A DNA stretch of 64,000 bases. It comes from Takakia lepidozioides (lineage: Eukaryota; Plantae; Bryophyta). Numbering within the stretch: position 1 is the stretch's first letter; each line of letters opens with the position of its first letter. A model generated the notes under the pieces. That model had not been told where the DNA came from and searched no databases. It worked only from the letters and a program-made list of their open reading frames with translations. Made by a program: the position numbers and the translations under genes. Positions 63,372 through 64,000 of the stretch are shown piece after piece. The stretch lies in NCBI GenBank assembly GCA_030704615.1, contig CM060731.1:80042001-80106000 (forward strand). The letters run 5' to 3'.

Positions 63372-64000
63372 GTAAGAAGTTTAACACATGCAACGTAAAG
63401 CTCGCAACCTGTGCATTGTGCACATTGTTTGTGGGAAATTTGGCTCCATAGAAATGAGACATCTGACTGTTTCAGAATTATTTCTGTTAGGGTCCTCACT
63501 TTTGGCGAGTAACACAGCCAGTTACTTTCACCAATCTGAAACTATAGCGTTCAATTCTAACCGAGTAGATTATTATGTATCACAACTTTGTAGGATTCGT
63601 ACATGGAGGAAAATAACTAGACTGGGGATGTCACAAAGTGGGTGCCCAGGTTGCCGTCTTACTGTCAGCTACATAAGATGTTTTTCCTCTATGGAGCCAG
63701 GGAAAACATCATATGATCAACCATTATGGCATCTGTCGAACATGTTGTGGGAGGTTTAGGAGCTTGCACACAGGACTGGGGAAATGGTTGGAAGCATTGG
63801 GCCAGTAAGATCATGAGCCTCCTGTTTATTGGATTGCATCTTCTACTCCAAGATCTCTCAATCCAGAGTGAGGACCACCTGTCTGATGTGAAAACTATGT
63901 TGAGAAAAATGATTTAAATTCGAAGAGCTCATCTAAATCAAGTGCTGCACATCATTTACTTTAAAGACTTGTTCTTTTGCAGAGAGATCAATTGGCACCT

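Overview
Eukaryotic, transposon-rich genomic DNA. It most likely comes from a land plant with flagellated sperm (bryophyte, lycophyte or fern; inferred from a spliced DRC11/IQCA1 dynein-regulatory gene plus plant-type TEs). Layout: 1-6 kb holds DRC11/IQCA1 exons (- strand) with LINE insertions in the introns. 7-10.3 kb holds a Helitron, a TA-flanked MITE and CACTA-like ends. 10.3-26.5 kb is a large (>=14 kb) hAT-transposase element. It carries a protein-kinase gene and a RING-H2 gene, and each of its three genes sits behind a TATA box and an array of 27-bp palindromes (TGCGACCACC-N7-GGTGGTCGCA). The element has CCTA...TAGG ends and a 7-bp target duplication (CTTCACG) inside an LTR. The two halves of that LTR now lie in opposite orientations 12.6 kb apart, so the locus was inverted after insertion. 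26.5-36.6 kb is a nest of one chromovirus (Ty3/Gypsy) family inserted into itself. 36.6-43 kb holds PIF/Harbinger Myb/SANT and transposase genes with LINE fragments. 43-61 kb is mostly unassignable. 61.1-63.4 kb is a large exon of a host nuclear protein. All calls come from reading the sequence by eye; no database searches were run.
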